From positions 167-64,166 of the forward strand of contig CAZCWH010000001.1 in NCBI GenBank assembly GCA_964502345.1: DNA of 64,000 nucleotides. Reading direction: 5' to 3'. The DNA comes from an uncultured Candidatus Saccharibacteria bacterium. GTDB lineage: Bacteria > Patescibacteriota > Minisyncoccia > Phycocordibacterales > UBA918. Below the pieces are notes generated by a model. That model was given only the letters and a program-made list of their open reading frames with translations. It ran no database searches and was not told where the DNA came from. Shown here one piece after another: positions 52,001 to 58,849 of this stretch (its first letter is position 1; every line of letters begins with the position of its first letter). Position numbers and translations under genes: made by a program.

Positions 52001-55000
52001 TTCCTTGGCTACCGGTACCTGCAACCTTTAAACTGATACCACTCATTGAATCATGCGTACCAGCGGCACTCGCGGTATGTCCGGAGGCTTCTGTCCCCGC
52101 CGTCGTGACGTTCCGATTATTGATATGGAATCCAAGACCCCAGTTAGTACCCGGTACATACGTTGCCGCAACAGACGATGGACTCGGCCAGGTTGCATTT
52201 GACCATGTGGTTACTGTACGTACACCAGCACCAGCTGTTGAACGTGCGAGATTAATGACCTCAATTGCTTGATCTCCTTGATTGATAGTGAGACCAGCTG
52301 AGAATGGACCTACTGTGGCATTTGCAGTGGCGCCACTGAAGTAGTTGCGTGCATCAGTCACTACAGTTGTTTGATCAACTCCTGCAAAAACAGCTGCATA
52401 TACGTAATTGTAATAGGAGGTTCCACCAGTAATGGTCACATCGAGGTCGTCCCCCGAGGCAGCAGCAATTCCCGCATCATTGAGGTAGAAAATGTACGTA
52501 TGATTTCGGTTGGTAGCATTTGTCGCATCCCCCACAGCAAGGGTCATAGCCTGACCGCCGTACGTCACACTCACGGACTGTGTCCCTACTGTGGTTCGAG
52601 TAGAACCAATTGCAACTACGAGCATTCGGTCAGTGCCTGCTGCTATTGCATAGCTCGCATTAACTGTTCCTGCTGGGTACGCAGTACTTGCGTACTGTTG
52701 CAGCCAGTCTGCTTGAGTCGTGATGACCGTTGAAGGAGTTCCGATGGTCTCAATCTCAACACTGTCTCCACTTGTCGTTGCATTTGAAAGTGTGGCTTCA
52801 TCAAACTGTGCATCAGTGGTTTGGTACCATTCAGGTACTCCTATAAACGTATTAACCGACATACTACGTGCAGTTGAAGTAGCACTCCATGTGTTGGTAC
52901 CAGAAGGATCTCGTGCGCGTACTGCCCACCAATAGGTTGTGCCTACCGTAAGCTCATCTCCAGCCTGGAGTGCATAGGTTGTCGTCGCCCCTGAGGCAAA
53001 TGTTGATGCACTCCATCCTGCATCAGTCGGATAATTTGAAGACTGCTTCGTCAAGATTGGCGAAGTGAGATTTGAACTTGTACTTACAATAAGCTCAAAT
53101 TCCATTGCGTCACCCTCAAAGTCAGTCGCAGCAAAACCTCCAAGTGTCGGTCGTGTTGTCGTGGCACGAAGATTATTAAACGCAGGATAAAGCGCGAGAT
53201 TTGGCGTATACGGTATCTGATTTGGAACCGCCCAGTCCACAGTCCAATCATTAAGCGACGGTGAGGTGGTACCAAAACCTAGATCGAAGGTCATCCGCAG
53301 ACAGATGCGATTATAGGTCGTCGTTGAAAGTGTATTGATGAACAACTCTGACGCCGTAACATCAAATCCAGTACTATTTCCTGGAAGTGCCGAGTCAGGA
53401 AGTATGGTGTCGCAGGCAAGCGTACTCGTATAGAACAACTGGAGTCGTGTATCGGTATGCGTTGGCTCAGTCGTATTCCAAGTCACTACTCCCCAGTCAC
53501 TCTGTCCGGATACAGAGTCAAAATCTACTTCAGGCGACATTACGGTACCTTTCACGTGTGAAGGATTAATAGCGAACTGGAATCCAGATGAGCTATCGTT
53601 CACAGAGAATGCAACCGTGGCAGCACCAGTTGCGCCCGCAGTCACCATCGAACGTGTTCCCCACGTACCAGCAGATCCATTTCCTCCAGCCCCTACCTGA
53701 ACTTCTGCACTCTCACTCCATCCAGTTCCTGAAACACTAAATGGGTATGTATCATCCCCATCACCAGAGATGACGTAGAATGCGAGCGTATTATTGACCG
53801 TTGTATTGACGCTTGTAACGGCGTGACTGACAGCTCCTGCATCGTCATTATCTGCTCCGACTACATTGATTGGATTTGTTGTTGATGCTCCCGTTACTCG
53901 AATATAGTATCCCCAATAATCGGCTGAGATTTGAGCAGGAACACTCGTTGTCGCTCCTTCTGTTCCGTCTGCAACTCGATAAAATGCAGCGGTGTGTGTA
54001 TCGGATGTGGTGTTTCCCGATTCATTGATGAGCGTGAATCCTGTTGGTTTAAGTGTCGTGTTATTCCACTGCGCGTTTGCAGTATTGTCATCATTACCCA
54101 CGATGATCATCAAAAGGTCCCCGATTTCTACATTTGATGGCTTCGTGAGTACGAGTGATGCACCTGGAGATGTGGTAGCTACTCTCCAGCCACTCACAAC
54201 GGTCGGGACAGCAGTACTTGTTGTCGCGAGCTGTGCAGTACCGGAGGTCGAAGCTGTATTTGTGAGTGTTCCTCTCTCAAATTGGCTACCTTCAGTCTGG
54301 AACCACGTCGATGGATCAATACCAGTCGTATACGTAAAACTTCGGACACTACTCCATTCACCCCAAATATTACCAACTGTTTCTTTCGCTCGAACACGCC
54401 AATAGTACGTCACTCCATTTGTAAGCGCAGTCTGTATGGTAAAGCGCATCTGTTCATTTTCGGTATACGGATGTGTATCGGTCGATGAGGCGGTATTGCT
54501 AAAACAATTCGGTGTACATCCGCTTTCATTGTCTGATGTCCGATCTCCAACAGGTGAAGTACCTACATCAACATCATCATCCCATTGGAACTGGTATACC
54601 AAGGTATCACTACCGTCAGGATCATTTGCAGTAAATGTGAAGGATGGTGTTGAAGTACCAGTCTGTTCATTATCAAAAAGCGCAATAGTAGTAGGTGCCT
54701 CAGGCACAGCACCTCCTACATCTCGCTTTGCAAACACTGCAGTTCTGAATGGAGGTATCGTTGCTACCGCTGAGAAGTTTGTGACGTCGACTTGATGCGT
54801 ATGTGCATTAGTCGTGACTGTATTATCAATAGTCACAAGGTCACGAGTCTGTGTACCACTTGGCCCCTGCGAGGTTACGGTAATGTTACTGTGAGTCGTC
54901 GTTGCAGCTCCGCCAGTGCCTCCATAAGTCGTGCTCGCTTTTACAAAGCGATTTTCAAATGGATCAGATGGTCCTGAGAGATCACCCCACCCGAGCGGTG

Positions 55001-58000
55001 CTTCATCTGTCCACATTGCAATCATTGCATCGGTTGGAGATGACGTTGCATTTAGTTTTCCGAGTACTGCTTCTCGATATGGTGGTTCATGGTTGACTGT
55101 ACCAGTGACAGAACTCACGATGTGTGTGTGGTTAGCAGACGCAGTATTTACCAAATTGTCACCTGCCGCTGCGGTAGTAAAGTTTCCTGTCGCCACAAGA
55201 CTTCCGGTAATACTGTGCGTGTGTGTATTAGAACTACTTGCGGTTCCTACCGTCGTTGTTGCTGCACCTCGTATATACCTTCCATCTTGTGCGGAATACT
55301 GTGTCCAACCAGTTGGAACGGCCGCATCAAAAATCGCAATGGCTCCCGCTGGGATTGTTGGTGGTGAACCAGCAGAATTGTACTGAATCACTACTAATTC
55401 CCGATAGGCGGGAAGATTGTTATCAGTTGAAATTGTGGGAGTATATGTGTGTGCGTGAGCAACTGTAGGCACATTCGTAGCACCTCCACCACCAGAGTTT
55501 ATTGACGTACTTGAAGCAGAGGCGGTAACTCCACCCGTTGCAGTGTGTGTGTGTGTCGAGACCCCACCATTAGTACCTGCAGTAGAAGAACCCTGAATGA
55601 ATCGTTGATAGAACACGTCCCCTGGCAGACACGATACACAGGTCCATCCTGATGGGATGTTTGTCCCGTCCCAGTACAAGAGCATATTTCCTGTCGCATC
55701 TGAAGCAATCTGCCACTGTCGGTGTTCAACAAATACAATATTTGTGGATGTAGCAACAACAAGAGGGGCGTCCCCAGTCGCAACTTCATCAAGAACAACG
55801 GTGCTGGTAGCCGTTTCTACATCTTCTTCCATTTCAACACCAGTATCTTCCGGGATTATTTCTTCTTCTAACAAAGGTACAGATTCATCTTCCACCTCAG
55901 TAGTAAACTCTGTTGTTTCAGCTTGTGTGAATAAGAACTTACCGATAACTTTCTTAAAGACCGAGACATACGATGATTCGTCACCCTCAGTCTGAAGAGA
56001 TGATTCGGTTGGTTCGGGAGCTACTTCCTCTTCTGGAGCCTCAGCTTCAGACTCAGTCGAAGGAACAGGTTCTGGTTCTACAGGGGTTTGCTCAGGTGTG
56101 ATTTCACCTGTCTCGCTCTCAACTGTAGACGAATCATCTGTTGGCACAGGCTCTGATGTTTCAGGAGTTACTGGCTCTACCGGAGACTCGTCTACCACTG
56201 GAGTGGATGATGCTTCAGGCTCGATAGGACTCTGTGTATCAGGTTCCATAGAACCTGATACATCAACCGGACCCTGACCTTCCGTGCCCTCCTCTATGAC
56301 TTCTGGTGACTGCACTTCCTCCCCAGTAACGGCAGCAACTGGCTCAATTTCATTTGAAATAAGTTGAGCGGGGCCAAGCTCATAGAGATATGGTGATATA
56401 TCGGGAGCATCAAATTCATACGAGACCGTAAGGCTCGAACTACTCGCCATATCCACCTTCCAGACGAGTTCAGTGTAGCTTTCCTGTGGTCTGATCTCTG
56501 CATCAGTATTAAATATTGCAAAACTTTTTGGTACACGCTCGACTATCTCACCAGTAAATGATCGACGCAGTGCATGGACGGTGAGTTCCATTGCGTATGG
56601 TGACGGTGGATAAATTCGAGTTGGCCCACTGCGCTCAATCACAATAGGTTGATTGCTTGCTACAAAGAACGTCTCTAGCGTATGTGAAATTACACTTCCA
56701 GACTCATCGACTCGCTCAAGGTACATTTCGTATTCACCTGGAACTCCTGTTACAAATTGGCTGCTGTAGTCCGGAACATCAATGACATTGTTTCCATTAC
56801 AGTAACCCGAAGGGAGAACTTGTGTGCTCGATATAAAGCCATTTGGGTCAGAAATGTATAGATTGAGATTTGCGTCACAGAGTGTATTTCCATTTGAGGT
56901 AAGCGCACCCATTGAAATATCTGCAACATCACCACTTTCATAGGTCGTTTGATTGCTGTTGATTGAGAGAAGTCCCCACTGGAATTCAAATGTATCAGTC
57001 GAGACGAGTCCTCCTTCATTGATTTCGAGCTCAACGGTGTAGATACCCGGGAAAAGCTGTTCTTTATCAGCCTCTGTCAACACAACTGAAATGAGCCCCT
57101 CTTGTGTGACCGTTACCTCAGGTGAGATCTCAACTTCCTCCCCTTCATTGTGGACAAATTCCACAGACTCTACTGTTGCCAGATCTCGTCCAAAGAAACT
57201 CCTAAACGCCTGCACGAGGAAATTACGTTGTGAGTTGTACCGGAGATTAAATTGTGGCAATTCCTCACGAAGGAAATCAAGTTTCTCACTCAAGAGTTCC
57301 ATACTCACAGGGCCATCCAAGTGCTTCAACATTTCATCAGATGAAAATCGTTCCTTGAGAAGTTCCTTATCAAATACGACCGTCCCAACCTCAAGCCACG
57401 CAGCATCTATGTAGAGAGACTGAAGTTGTTTCACGTCTCCATCAAATGAAATCGTGATGACAAGTTGCTTGAGAAGCTCTGGGTCTGTTATTGATGGGAG
57501 TGGAATGAGGTAATAGCCACCATTAATCGCATTCGATATTTCAGCATCAAGTAATATGCTTCCCGCATCTCGAGAGAATTCTCCAAACGAATATTCTACA
57601 GAAACGAACCCGGGCTTCTGTCCATTACTCATGTCATATTGACCAGCGAGCGAGAGACGAAGTTGTAAATTATTAATAAACTGTCCGGAAGCGAGCCCTG
57701 GGATACCAAAATTACTCAAAGTAATCTGTGGAGCAGCATTTGTTTCTTGTATAGGTTGAGCAACTGTTTGTCCACCAGTAGGTGCAGGTTCTTCGTCCTC
57801 GATTGAAGAGGTCGCTTCTTCAGCTGCTGGCAATATTTCTTCAGTCTCAGTTACGACTTCATCAGAAATAGTTTCTTCGGGTATTGAACTACTGGTCTCT
57901 TCCTCTGCAATAGGGATCTCTTCAGATGTTAATTCCTCCTCATTCAAAGGCTCGGAAGATTCCTCGTTAGTTTCCAAGATAAGTTCAGTCGTTTCAGCTT

Positions 58001-58766
58001 GCGTGAACAAGAACTTACCGACAACTTTCTTAAACACTGAGAAATAGGAAACTTCCTCCGGTGCTATTTCAGGAGAATCATTACTTGATTGCGAATCAGA
58101 TTCCTCGACAGCTGGAACGACTGTTTCTGTGACTGGGTCTTCTTCAGGTATTTCAGGAGAAACATCATCCTGCGGAGCTTGAGTATCACCTTCTGCATCT
58201 GGTAAATTCTCATTCTGCTCTGCATTACCCTCCTCAGTGCTATCTACTGACTCAGACTCGACCGAAGTATCCTCATCTGCTGTTCCAGAGTTTGAATCAG
58301 CATGTTGCAGCGCATACTCCCGATCAATGTGTGCAGAATTACTCGTATTAAACTCATGCGTAAGTGACTGCTCACTCAAATCCTGATTATTCACTGTCTG
58401 CACATTCAACCATCCTTGAGAAGAAATATCTGAAGGATACACATCAATGGACTCATTCTGAGGTTTAAAACTGCTTTCCTTTTTGGCTTGTGCAACAGAT
58501 GCATCGAATGAAGAGAGAAGCGTAAATGAAAGCAGAACACAGAAAGCAACGCATGCGAAGAGGACTTTTCTCTTACTGCGCTGAATATTTGTAACATGAG
58601 AAAAATTAAAAATTTCAACAAAATTTGTTACATACTTAATTTTTTGTGTACTAAAATCAACAAAACGCCACAGCTTTGATTCCAGCGCTCTAAATATGAT
58701 TATTTTATTGTCCGCTCTTGTTTTTCTTGAGAAAAATCTCATCAACTCAACAAGCAACCCGACCAC
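37020..58766 (-). CDS. giant secreted surface protein (7248 aa, 21.7-kb ORF). Signal peptide, acidic low-complexity stalks, phage-tail-collar-like HxH repeats, FN3/Ig-like domains, DUF2341+LamG pairs, long beta-helix-like repeat region, and the type-B C-terminal module.
   Basis: uninterrupted ORF. DUF2341-like W..R..ItI......LtNFPV.V.L...........dG.D.R....dg...P.E...........YF......YIYYGN followed by LamG_3-like ...DEVRVSTTTRADAWRDAEYRNM (twice). HTHT/NHTHI/NAHTHQ repeats each ending PPYR/PPFR. The start codon is uncertain because a 75-aa basic leader precedes the signal peptide. Confidence 0.9.
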   Translation of the reverse strand: MVGLLVELMRFFSRKTRADNKIIIFRALESKLWRFVDFSTQKIKYVTNFVEIFNFSHVTNIQRSKRKVLFACVAFCVLLSFTLLSSFDASVAQAKKESSFKPQNESIDVYPSDISSQGWLNVQTVNNQDLSEQSLTHEFNTSNSAHIDREYALQHADSNSGTADEDTSVESESVDSTEEGNAEQNENLPDAEGDTQAPQDDVSPEIPEEDPVTETVVPAVEESDSQSSNDSPEIAPEEVSYFSVFKKVVGKFLFTQAETTELILETNEESSEPLNEEELTSEEIPIAEEETSSSIPEETISDEVVTETEEILPAAEEATSSIEDEEPAPTGGQTVAQPIQETNAAPQITLSNFGIPGLASGQFINNLQLRLSLAGQYDMSNGQKPGFVSVEYSFGEFSRDAGSILLDAEISNAINGGYYLIPLPSITDPELLKQLVITISFDGDVKQLQSLYIDAAWLEVGTVVFDKELLKERFSSDEMLKHLDGPVSMELLSEKLDFLREELPQFNLRYNSQRNFLVQAFRSFFGRDLATVESVEFVHNEGEEVEISPEVTVTQEGLISVVLTEADKEQLFPGIYTVELEINEGGLVSTDTFEFQWGLLSINSNQTTYESGDVADISMGALTSNGNTLCDANLNLYISDPNGFISSTQVLPSGYCNGNNVIDVPDYSSQFVTGVPGEYEMYLERVDESGSVISHTLETFFVASNQPIVIERSGPTRIYPPSPYAMELTVHALRRSFTGEIVERVPKSFAIFNTDAEIRPQESYTELVWKVDMASSSSLTVSYEFDAPDISPYLYELGPAQLISNEIEPVAAVTGEEVQSPEVIEEGTEGQGPVDVSGSMEPDTQSPIEPEASSTPVVDESPVEPVTPETSEPVPTDDSSTVESETGEITPEQTPVEPEPVPSTESEAEAPEEEVAPEPTESSLQTEGDESSYVSVFKKVIGKFLFTQAETTEFTTEVEDESVPLLEEEIIPEDTGVEMEEDVETATSTVVLDEVATGDAPLVVATSTNIVFVEHRQWQIASDATGNMLLYWDGTNIPSGWTCVSCLPGDVFYQRFIQGSSTAGTNGGVSTHTHTATGGVTASASSTSINSGGGGATNVPTVAHAHTYTPTISTDNNLPAYRELVVIQYNSAGSPPTIPAGAIAIFDAAVPTGWTQYSAQDGRYIRGAATTTVGTASSSNTHTHSITGSLVATGNFTTAAAGDNLVNTASANHTHIVSSVTGTVNHEPPYREAVLGKLNATSSPTDAMIAMWTDEAPLGWGDLSGPSDPFENRFVKASTTYGGTGGAATTTHSNITVTSQGPSGTQTRDLVTIDNTVTTNAHTHQVDVTNFSAVATIPPFRTAVFAKRDVGGAVPEAPTTIALFDNEQTGTSTPSFTFTANDPDGSDTLVYQFQWDDDVDVGTSPVGDRTSDNESGCTPNCFSNTASSTDTHPYTENEQMRFTIQTALTNGVTYYWRVRAKETVGNIWGEWSSVRSFTYTTGIDPSTWFQTEGSQFERGTLTNTASTSGTAQLATTSTAVPTVVSGWRVATTSPGASLVLTKPSNVEIGDLLMIIVGNDDNTANAQWNNTTLKPTGFTLINESGNTTSDTHTAAFYRVADGTEGATTSVPAQISADYWGYYIRVTGASTTNPINVVGADNDDAGAVSHAVTSVNTTVNNTLAFYVISGDGDDTYPFSVSGTGWSESAEVQVGAGGNGSAGTWGTRSMVTAGATGAATVAFSVNDSSSGFQFAINPSHVKGTVMSPEVDFDSVSGQSDWGVVTWNTTEPTHTDTRLQLFYTSTLACDTILPDSALPGNSTGFDVTASELFINTLSTTTYNRICLRMTFDLGFGTTSPSLNDWTVDWAVPNQIPYTPNLALYPAFNNLRATTTRPTLGGFAATDFEGDAMEFELIVSTSSNLTSPILTKQSSNYPTDAGWSASTFASGATTTYALQAGDELTVGTTYWWAVRARDPSGTNTWSATSTARSMSVNTFIGVPEWYQTTDAQFDEATLSNATTSGDSVEIETIGTPSTVITTQADWLQQYASTAYPAGTVNASYAIAAGTDRMLVVAIGSTRTTVGTQSVSVTYGGQAMTLAVGDATNATNRNHTYIFYLNDAGIAAASGDDLDVTITGGTSYYNYVYAAVFAGVDQTTVVTDARNYFSGATANATVGPFSAGLTINQGDQAIEVINLARSTAGAGVRTVTTWSNATWPSPSSVAATYVPGTNWGLGFHINNRNVTTAGTEASGHTASAAGTHDSMSGISLKVAGTGSQGTIMSTEVDHDSVPNQSTWGEVSWSVTEPAGSETRMRLYYSSTTVCDTIITDGALPGNSTGFTSDTSPLDISTLSTTTYNRICLQMELQQDSASTSPILEDWTVSWVLSPQFVQQDYQWYVNAASTTPTDIWPVGGVDLNENEAIDSSSAVLNADVLRLRMSLVGSSTNASADSELFNLQYAEGDTCSVDLTWYDVGDAASTTALWRGYENGIAMDDWYDENWSSRTRITIQASQIDAGLTNFPVYVNLDDLSSAFFSTVKTDGSDIRVTESDGVTEVPIELVSIDTSGTDGELYFRATSVSSTTDTTFYIYYGNSGASAYASTSPYGARSVWSNGYILVSHMNDLTTSVVENSAGTLNGVKTSAGNPAEVSTGPVSEAQDFSLDLIQYTGTMLTNATQYAVSLWFNPDALTGGGDLGTYGLSLYGISPTAAPYQWLTAGGTGNLTELRLCAYEDTATTCVPTSGAGLATGNWYHTSVNAIDGGTTTVRVNGVQRLSYINGSENNVGANFTIGDLRGTPQRNIGFDGRIDEVRVSTTTRADAWRDAEYRNMATSTDFYTVSDESMGGSADGYELTSLLLTDSDVLETYEEGNPTVPNPNAINVGEAAEWDFALQNNDATPGAQYCFRMVNADGTELDTYTQFPTLVTNASPLIEDMFAPFDNEKLASTSPWFEFIGYDENGDEVDYQIQIDNDYAFSSTVIDTDSETNLDDFLNIATPSDKTPFNNYARMRYTIPSSLSNGVTYWWRVRSKDASGSAAYGDWSTPQSFTVDTSLTVSTWYQTTEEQFETNTHDGTEATASDLVAFASGSTVATTTSTAIDFSDATIGNVWGELSFNETGSANDILYHIEYENDGDWFLIPDSALSGNAAGYDSSPVDLSGLDVTLYDVIRIRANFRTGAPTLLDWTLAWAESIEVPTLSAPFDNEKFATTSPTFGFSSSDPENDDIEYEVSWSTDYNFATGSTTRNSSTSPTGFVNLVNGGDTNPFDSGDTISYKIQPGDALSASTTYWWRARAKDPSGSDNFSTWSEPWSFTTATSGEPVQVSTWFQTLGLQFDKGTLSGVDAATNSVGIGGGIVVESGWTSNTAIPGSSLTLTKPSGVVSGDLLLILVGSDDNSATAQWNDTTLKPSGFTLINESGNDTVSDAHAAAFYRVANGSEGTTINVPAQSSDDFWGFYIRVTGASTTDPINVIGADYNGGSAASHAVTGITTTEDQSLAFYLLSGDGGDVYPFTVSGTGWTESDEIQAGGGTANASGVWGTQLVASAGGTGAATVGLSVADSATGFQFAVNPAVLSSGSIKSDTIDFDDGSGPGWGELSWRDSEPGGSEVRYQIEFLNGLGVWGLIPDSALPGNSTGFTTSPIDLEALNTTTYNQIRIVGNLNCSGANCPTLDDWTVTWIAGFTVSGTALEYDGVSSTTAGTVAVAVNGVLQSGATGAILGDGTWEIENIPLFSGDVITTFISGANDVDEAVGVTVFDGTPDVTGMRLQKRHLTIGSNDFVTATNTQIGMYDYTNDEDLFFDVNAGNDLTMCADTGCTDASIVVLTRNTYAPGTGADVTTHDLRNYGTFTAGSNSIRVSGSWDNNATTTMTGSTVIFTATSSTESIDETGSVTSGFNNVTFGETSGTATWNTLSTLDVDGNLGVSFGTLARGTTSIFVAGNLTIGASGYWTGMGTTTFDGINPSTWTDNNAVKQNVGRVLVDGTTKTLVLGSNVTMQSMTIGANDAFDASITGFSASVYEDWINNNTFTARTGTVSFIATTTNRIITTGSSAFYNLTFSGVGGSWSFTAPTLTVSNHLTIATGTVTLPTATTTVAGSFLNTGGVFAHNNGTVVMSSTAGGRSITQSGGTFLNAFYNLVFTGSGSWAFTESNATTSNTFRIQAGTVTLPSGTLTVSGDFTTTGTGAFTHNSGEVIFVVQNSKTVSTNGSSFNNVRTRGGIATSWYNDSWTRRIPITIQASQIDAGLTNFPVYVNLDDLSSAFFSTVKTDGSDIRVTESDGVTEVPIELVSIDTSGTDGELYFRATSVSSTTDTTFYIYYGNSGASAYASTSPYGARSVWSNGYTLVSHMNDLTTSVVQNSVRTITGVKTDTAGSPVSNNPLEVSTGRVKKAQSFDTTPIQYTGSFLNGQTQYNVSMWFNPDTLAGAAPQETNTYGYSLYGVSTAGVYDWTSVGGTPAPDEVCVRAFTTVTTCNVTTGADLVAGNWYHVSINAVRNSTVTTRVNGVARGSFTAGNSDPTANFTISGLRPNRVPPISFDGRIDEVRVSTTTRADAWRDAEYRNMATSTSFYTAGGEESSRSRRFSDTNTTILGNYISELGGDAVFPTGVLSIGGSFDNNAIFDANGGTVRFNSSGGSETIAAGTSAFSTLDFNSASGDFTVTESATGTVAVSLTNVSQFTLNSGLTLTASGTFTHAANGSNTTWTGSTLRLTGGDSALNSKSHAGDVYGTLLVVGDTDISMWNSSANTYSTLDTASIYSQDHSAVDGDLYIFGDYTRTSGTEHWSYATDFDGTALGGSSRQVDVRLASGTSATLSGSTFSMIGSSTATTTVANQGSGTYVVIASSTATTFNNYEFSNLGTAGVTFRGAGTISSLNDGFVKPGISAGTGFTVASSSINANPGFQIYRVNFSTTTAISATNVTQTDGTPTSYWWFRDSTGNIDGEAFDNDTGDPGSVRWDDSSLVITVSGVVYSDDGVTRMGNPVCDDVTANIRIVVQGGSSYTGTCASANGSFSIPGVVVVGDPVVTVYLNTNGGAKGTVVTRTPISDITDLDIYQNRVITRHEDTEPMTILKMSAYDNDNDSDISFVAATGTLTVLANTELHIASSSTFAPDGNITINGNASSTAFDGSLHIDNNAIFTGSASSTYTIGGSFTMDDGATFASASTTVIMNATTTGKTITTTGTQEITFNTIEFNGLGGGWNINGDIRALQDIDVTLGTVTGTADITVVNGSLSGNGVLSMGSGTTTIYQTNTLGGTTAWTLANLVLGNGSIIGTTTPGSNATTTILGKLTINTAHYLDAGSSLWNLSGTGNVFVESGTFLEDTSTVRYSGAGATNVISTTYYNLDLKAQGSSPTYTGTGLGIIVSNNLTVGGPNATTFTLDTSDPAFDVNGNITIDSTGTLIGSASANFTVAGSWDNNGTYTGSSGTVTFDGAGTPSIAAGNSPFANLTINGSGAFTVSEPATTTGAFSLTNAGSFTLASGQSLAVGGLFTNGQGGGVTTWTSSVLHFYGSGSYSINASTTSDTYEKLSVGSGTQIRMWNSTAGTYDTHANGSLYSQDHGGVNGDLYIYGAYSKTSGTDYWSYTTDFDGTNISGTPRNVDVYIRGGGSVLYTGGGLSVLGLDSASTTIQNQGSGTYSFRIGGSASTTWSYYDMQDMDASGLTLSGTPNVVTLAYGDITVSQNSGTAMTVGGTVITQNPAKTFTNNYFATSTGITPAYNVTATGTTASSWRFTNHAGSIDGEDFDVDPDGNPGYIVWDNSSSSITVSGTVYSDEGTTPMGVSVCDGSTQSIHLRVGGLTSYTGSCNGSGLYSIPGVLYSPNDSLVVYIDGETEKAATVTEDPVSNITGLDLYENRVIVRHESSDPLSIVDMSLWDSSDDADIPFTAVDGTPDTLTLPANRKLIVWTGKEFEPNGNITVTGGGGGSAYDGTLELYTNAVFDATGSETHSIGGSLISGTGASIDDETSTFVFTTSGAGRTVDTNSSSLYDATFNGSGSWTVTNTTFDIGNDFTVAQGTVTLPSATTTVTGSLSVTGGSFTSSGGTMVFNSGSAETIRPRSSSFGTLVVNGVGSFSLQGGYATTTGDVRIVDGSFTSATGTLTIGGNFINSDVFVHGSGELRFTSAGAVVVTASTSDLYSTTFAGGGAYTFTNTNVALLGSLTIQSGAVTLATGTMSIGGSLLNTGGSFNNASGSILFNSSDTGEIINPGNSLFHNVTLASGGGGWTISANATTTGNFSLTSASSFTQSSSTRLYVGGVFTNLVGGAPTTWTGSTLVINSGSSYTINSKSAGGDTYNNIRVGSSTELRAWDSTGTITITDSESSFYSQDHAGVSGVLYIYGDYERTAGADYWSYATDFDGTALGGSSRQVFVYIAANATTTLQGGSLNIVGASGFDTTISNQGSGTYAIDILGGTLNALYYSFANMNVDGLKLSGLTTVSSLTEGNFTLAVNGGSLITLSSTTLNYNAGLFVTGVAFATTTAITGANVELSGSTPSAWTFVSHTGNFDGEAFDIDGGDACGSIRWDDSNCILIEQSAYRFRNDDGGEGVPNSEWFDFDWSKRKRVTVTNSDPVTYHDVAVKVIVPYDSDMQADFDDLRFTEEDGLTAVEHFTESYTASTQAVVWVKVPTLATSTTATVYMYYGEGTVSDGSATSTFDFMDNFEDGNISEYTGDTGDFSVVGSSAYERTYRLEAFDQTNSKTDQNMRNLGVTVAQGQTLRWLQYIDTVSGAADESCTHFGVQTGATSYAVCLELFGVDRLSISENATHRDTSGTVLASTTVTYSTGWYEVEVDWDTDDSIYVRLSKNGSVVATTSATDSSYTSGGVGFTLWGYHGGWDIYSARPLMATAATTSLGGEQVPGGATWTSARNTPASGIDIGETARVRFLVENSGTPVSAQNYEIEFAPKGAAPSCESVDYNDYVEVPNVASCGTSDICMVSSSNITDLESTTDLLGGSGVFTPGQVVEDSSNNTGSLDVDSGEFTELEYVIAPTINVSDSNYCFRVTNEGAELDAYTKVAELSLVFTPVVTSLSLNGGNDITLSPGATTTIYATGTVSDLNGYGDLNLATTTMFRSSVLSSCTSDPNNCYIASPTQCVFENCSGSSCDVTCSADFYYHADPTDVGTYAGQTWRAELSVSDQSGAIATGTAPSIDLLTLRAITVDSTINYGALEVNNDTGSYNATTTVENIGNDALDIAIAGTDLTDGNSSLIPVNEQIFATSTFTYTTCTFCSQLSASSTNYELDLTKPTSTTPSVSDQLFWGIAIPFGVAGNPHQGTNTFYAIGD
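45831..46150. repeat. intragenic direct repeat, copy 2 (about 320 bp, 100% identical to 51000..51320) inside a ~1.1-kb diverged duplication
   Basis: direct comparison of the two stretches encoding DUF2341 unit 2. Flanking sequence is ~80% identical. Confidence 0.8.
51000..51320. repeat. intragenic direct repeat, copy 1 (identical to 45831..46150)
   Basis: same as above. It encodes ...IQASQIDAGLTNFPVYVNLDDLSSAFFSTVKTDGSDIRVTESDGVTEVPIELVSIDTSGTDGELYFRATSVSSTTDTTFYIYYGNSGASAYASTSPYGARSVWSNGY. Confidence 0.8.
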
Positions 58767-58794
58767 TTTATTAGAGTGGGGGCTAATTGTAATT

Positions 58795-58826
58795 ATAGCG
58801 CGCTAAACGTTCGTTTAGTGCGCTAT
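58795..58826. promoter_or_regulatory. 15-bp inverted repeat (one mismatch) ATAGCGCGCTAAACG-tt-CGTTTAGTGCGCTAT
   Basis: direct inspection. It lies between the cohesin gene stop (58850) and the giant gene start region. Confidence 0.35.
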
Positions 58827-58849
58827 GACTGTGGATTGGAATGTATTTG

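Noticed and set aside
37487-57414. Dozens of plus-strand ORFs in the track inside the giant gene (e.g. 40501..41286, 261 aa, P/V/T-rich)
   Set aside because: They are antisense shadows of the 7248-aa minus-strand ORF with low-complexity mirror composition and no start signals. The minus-strand frame is unbroken for 21.7 kb.
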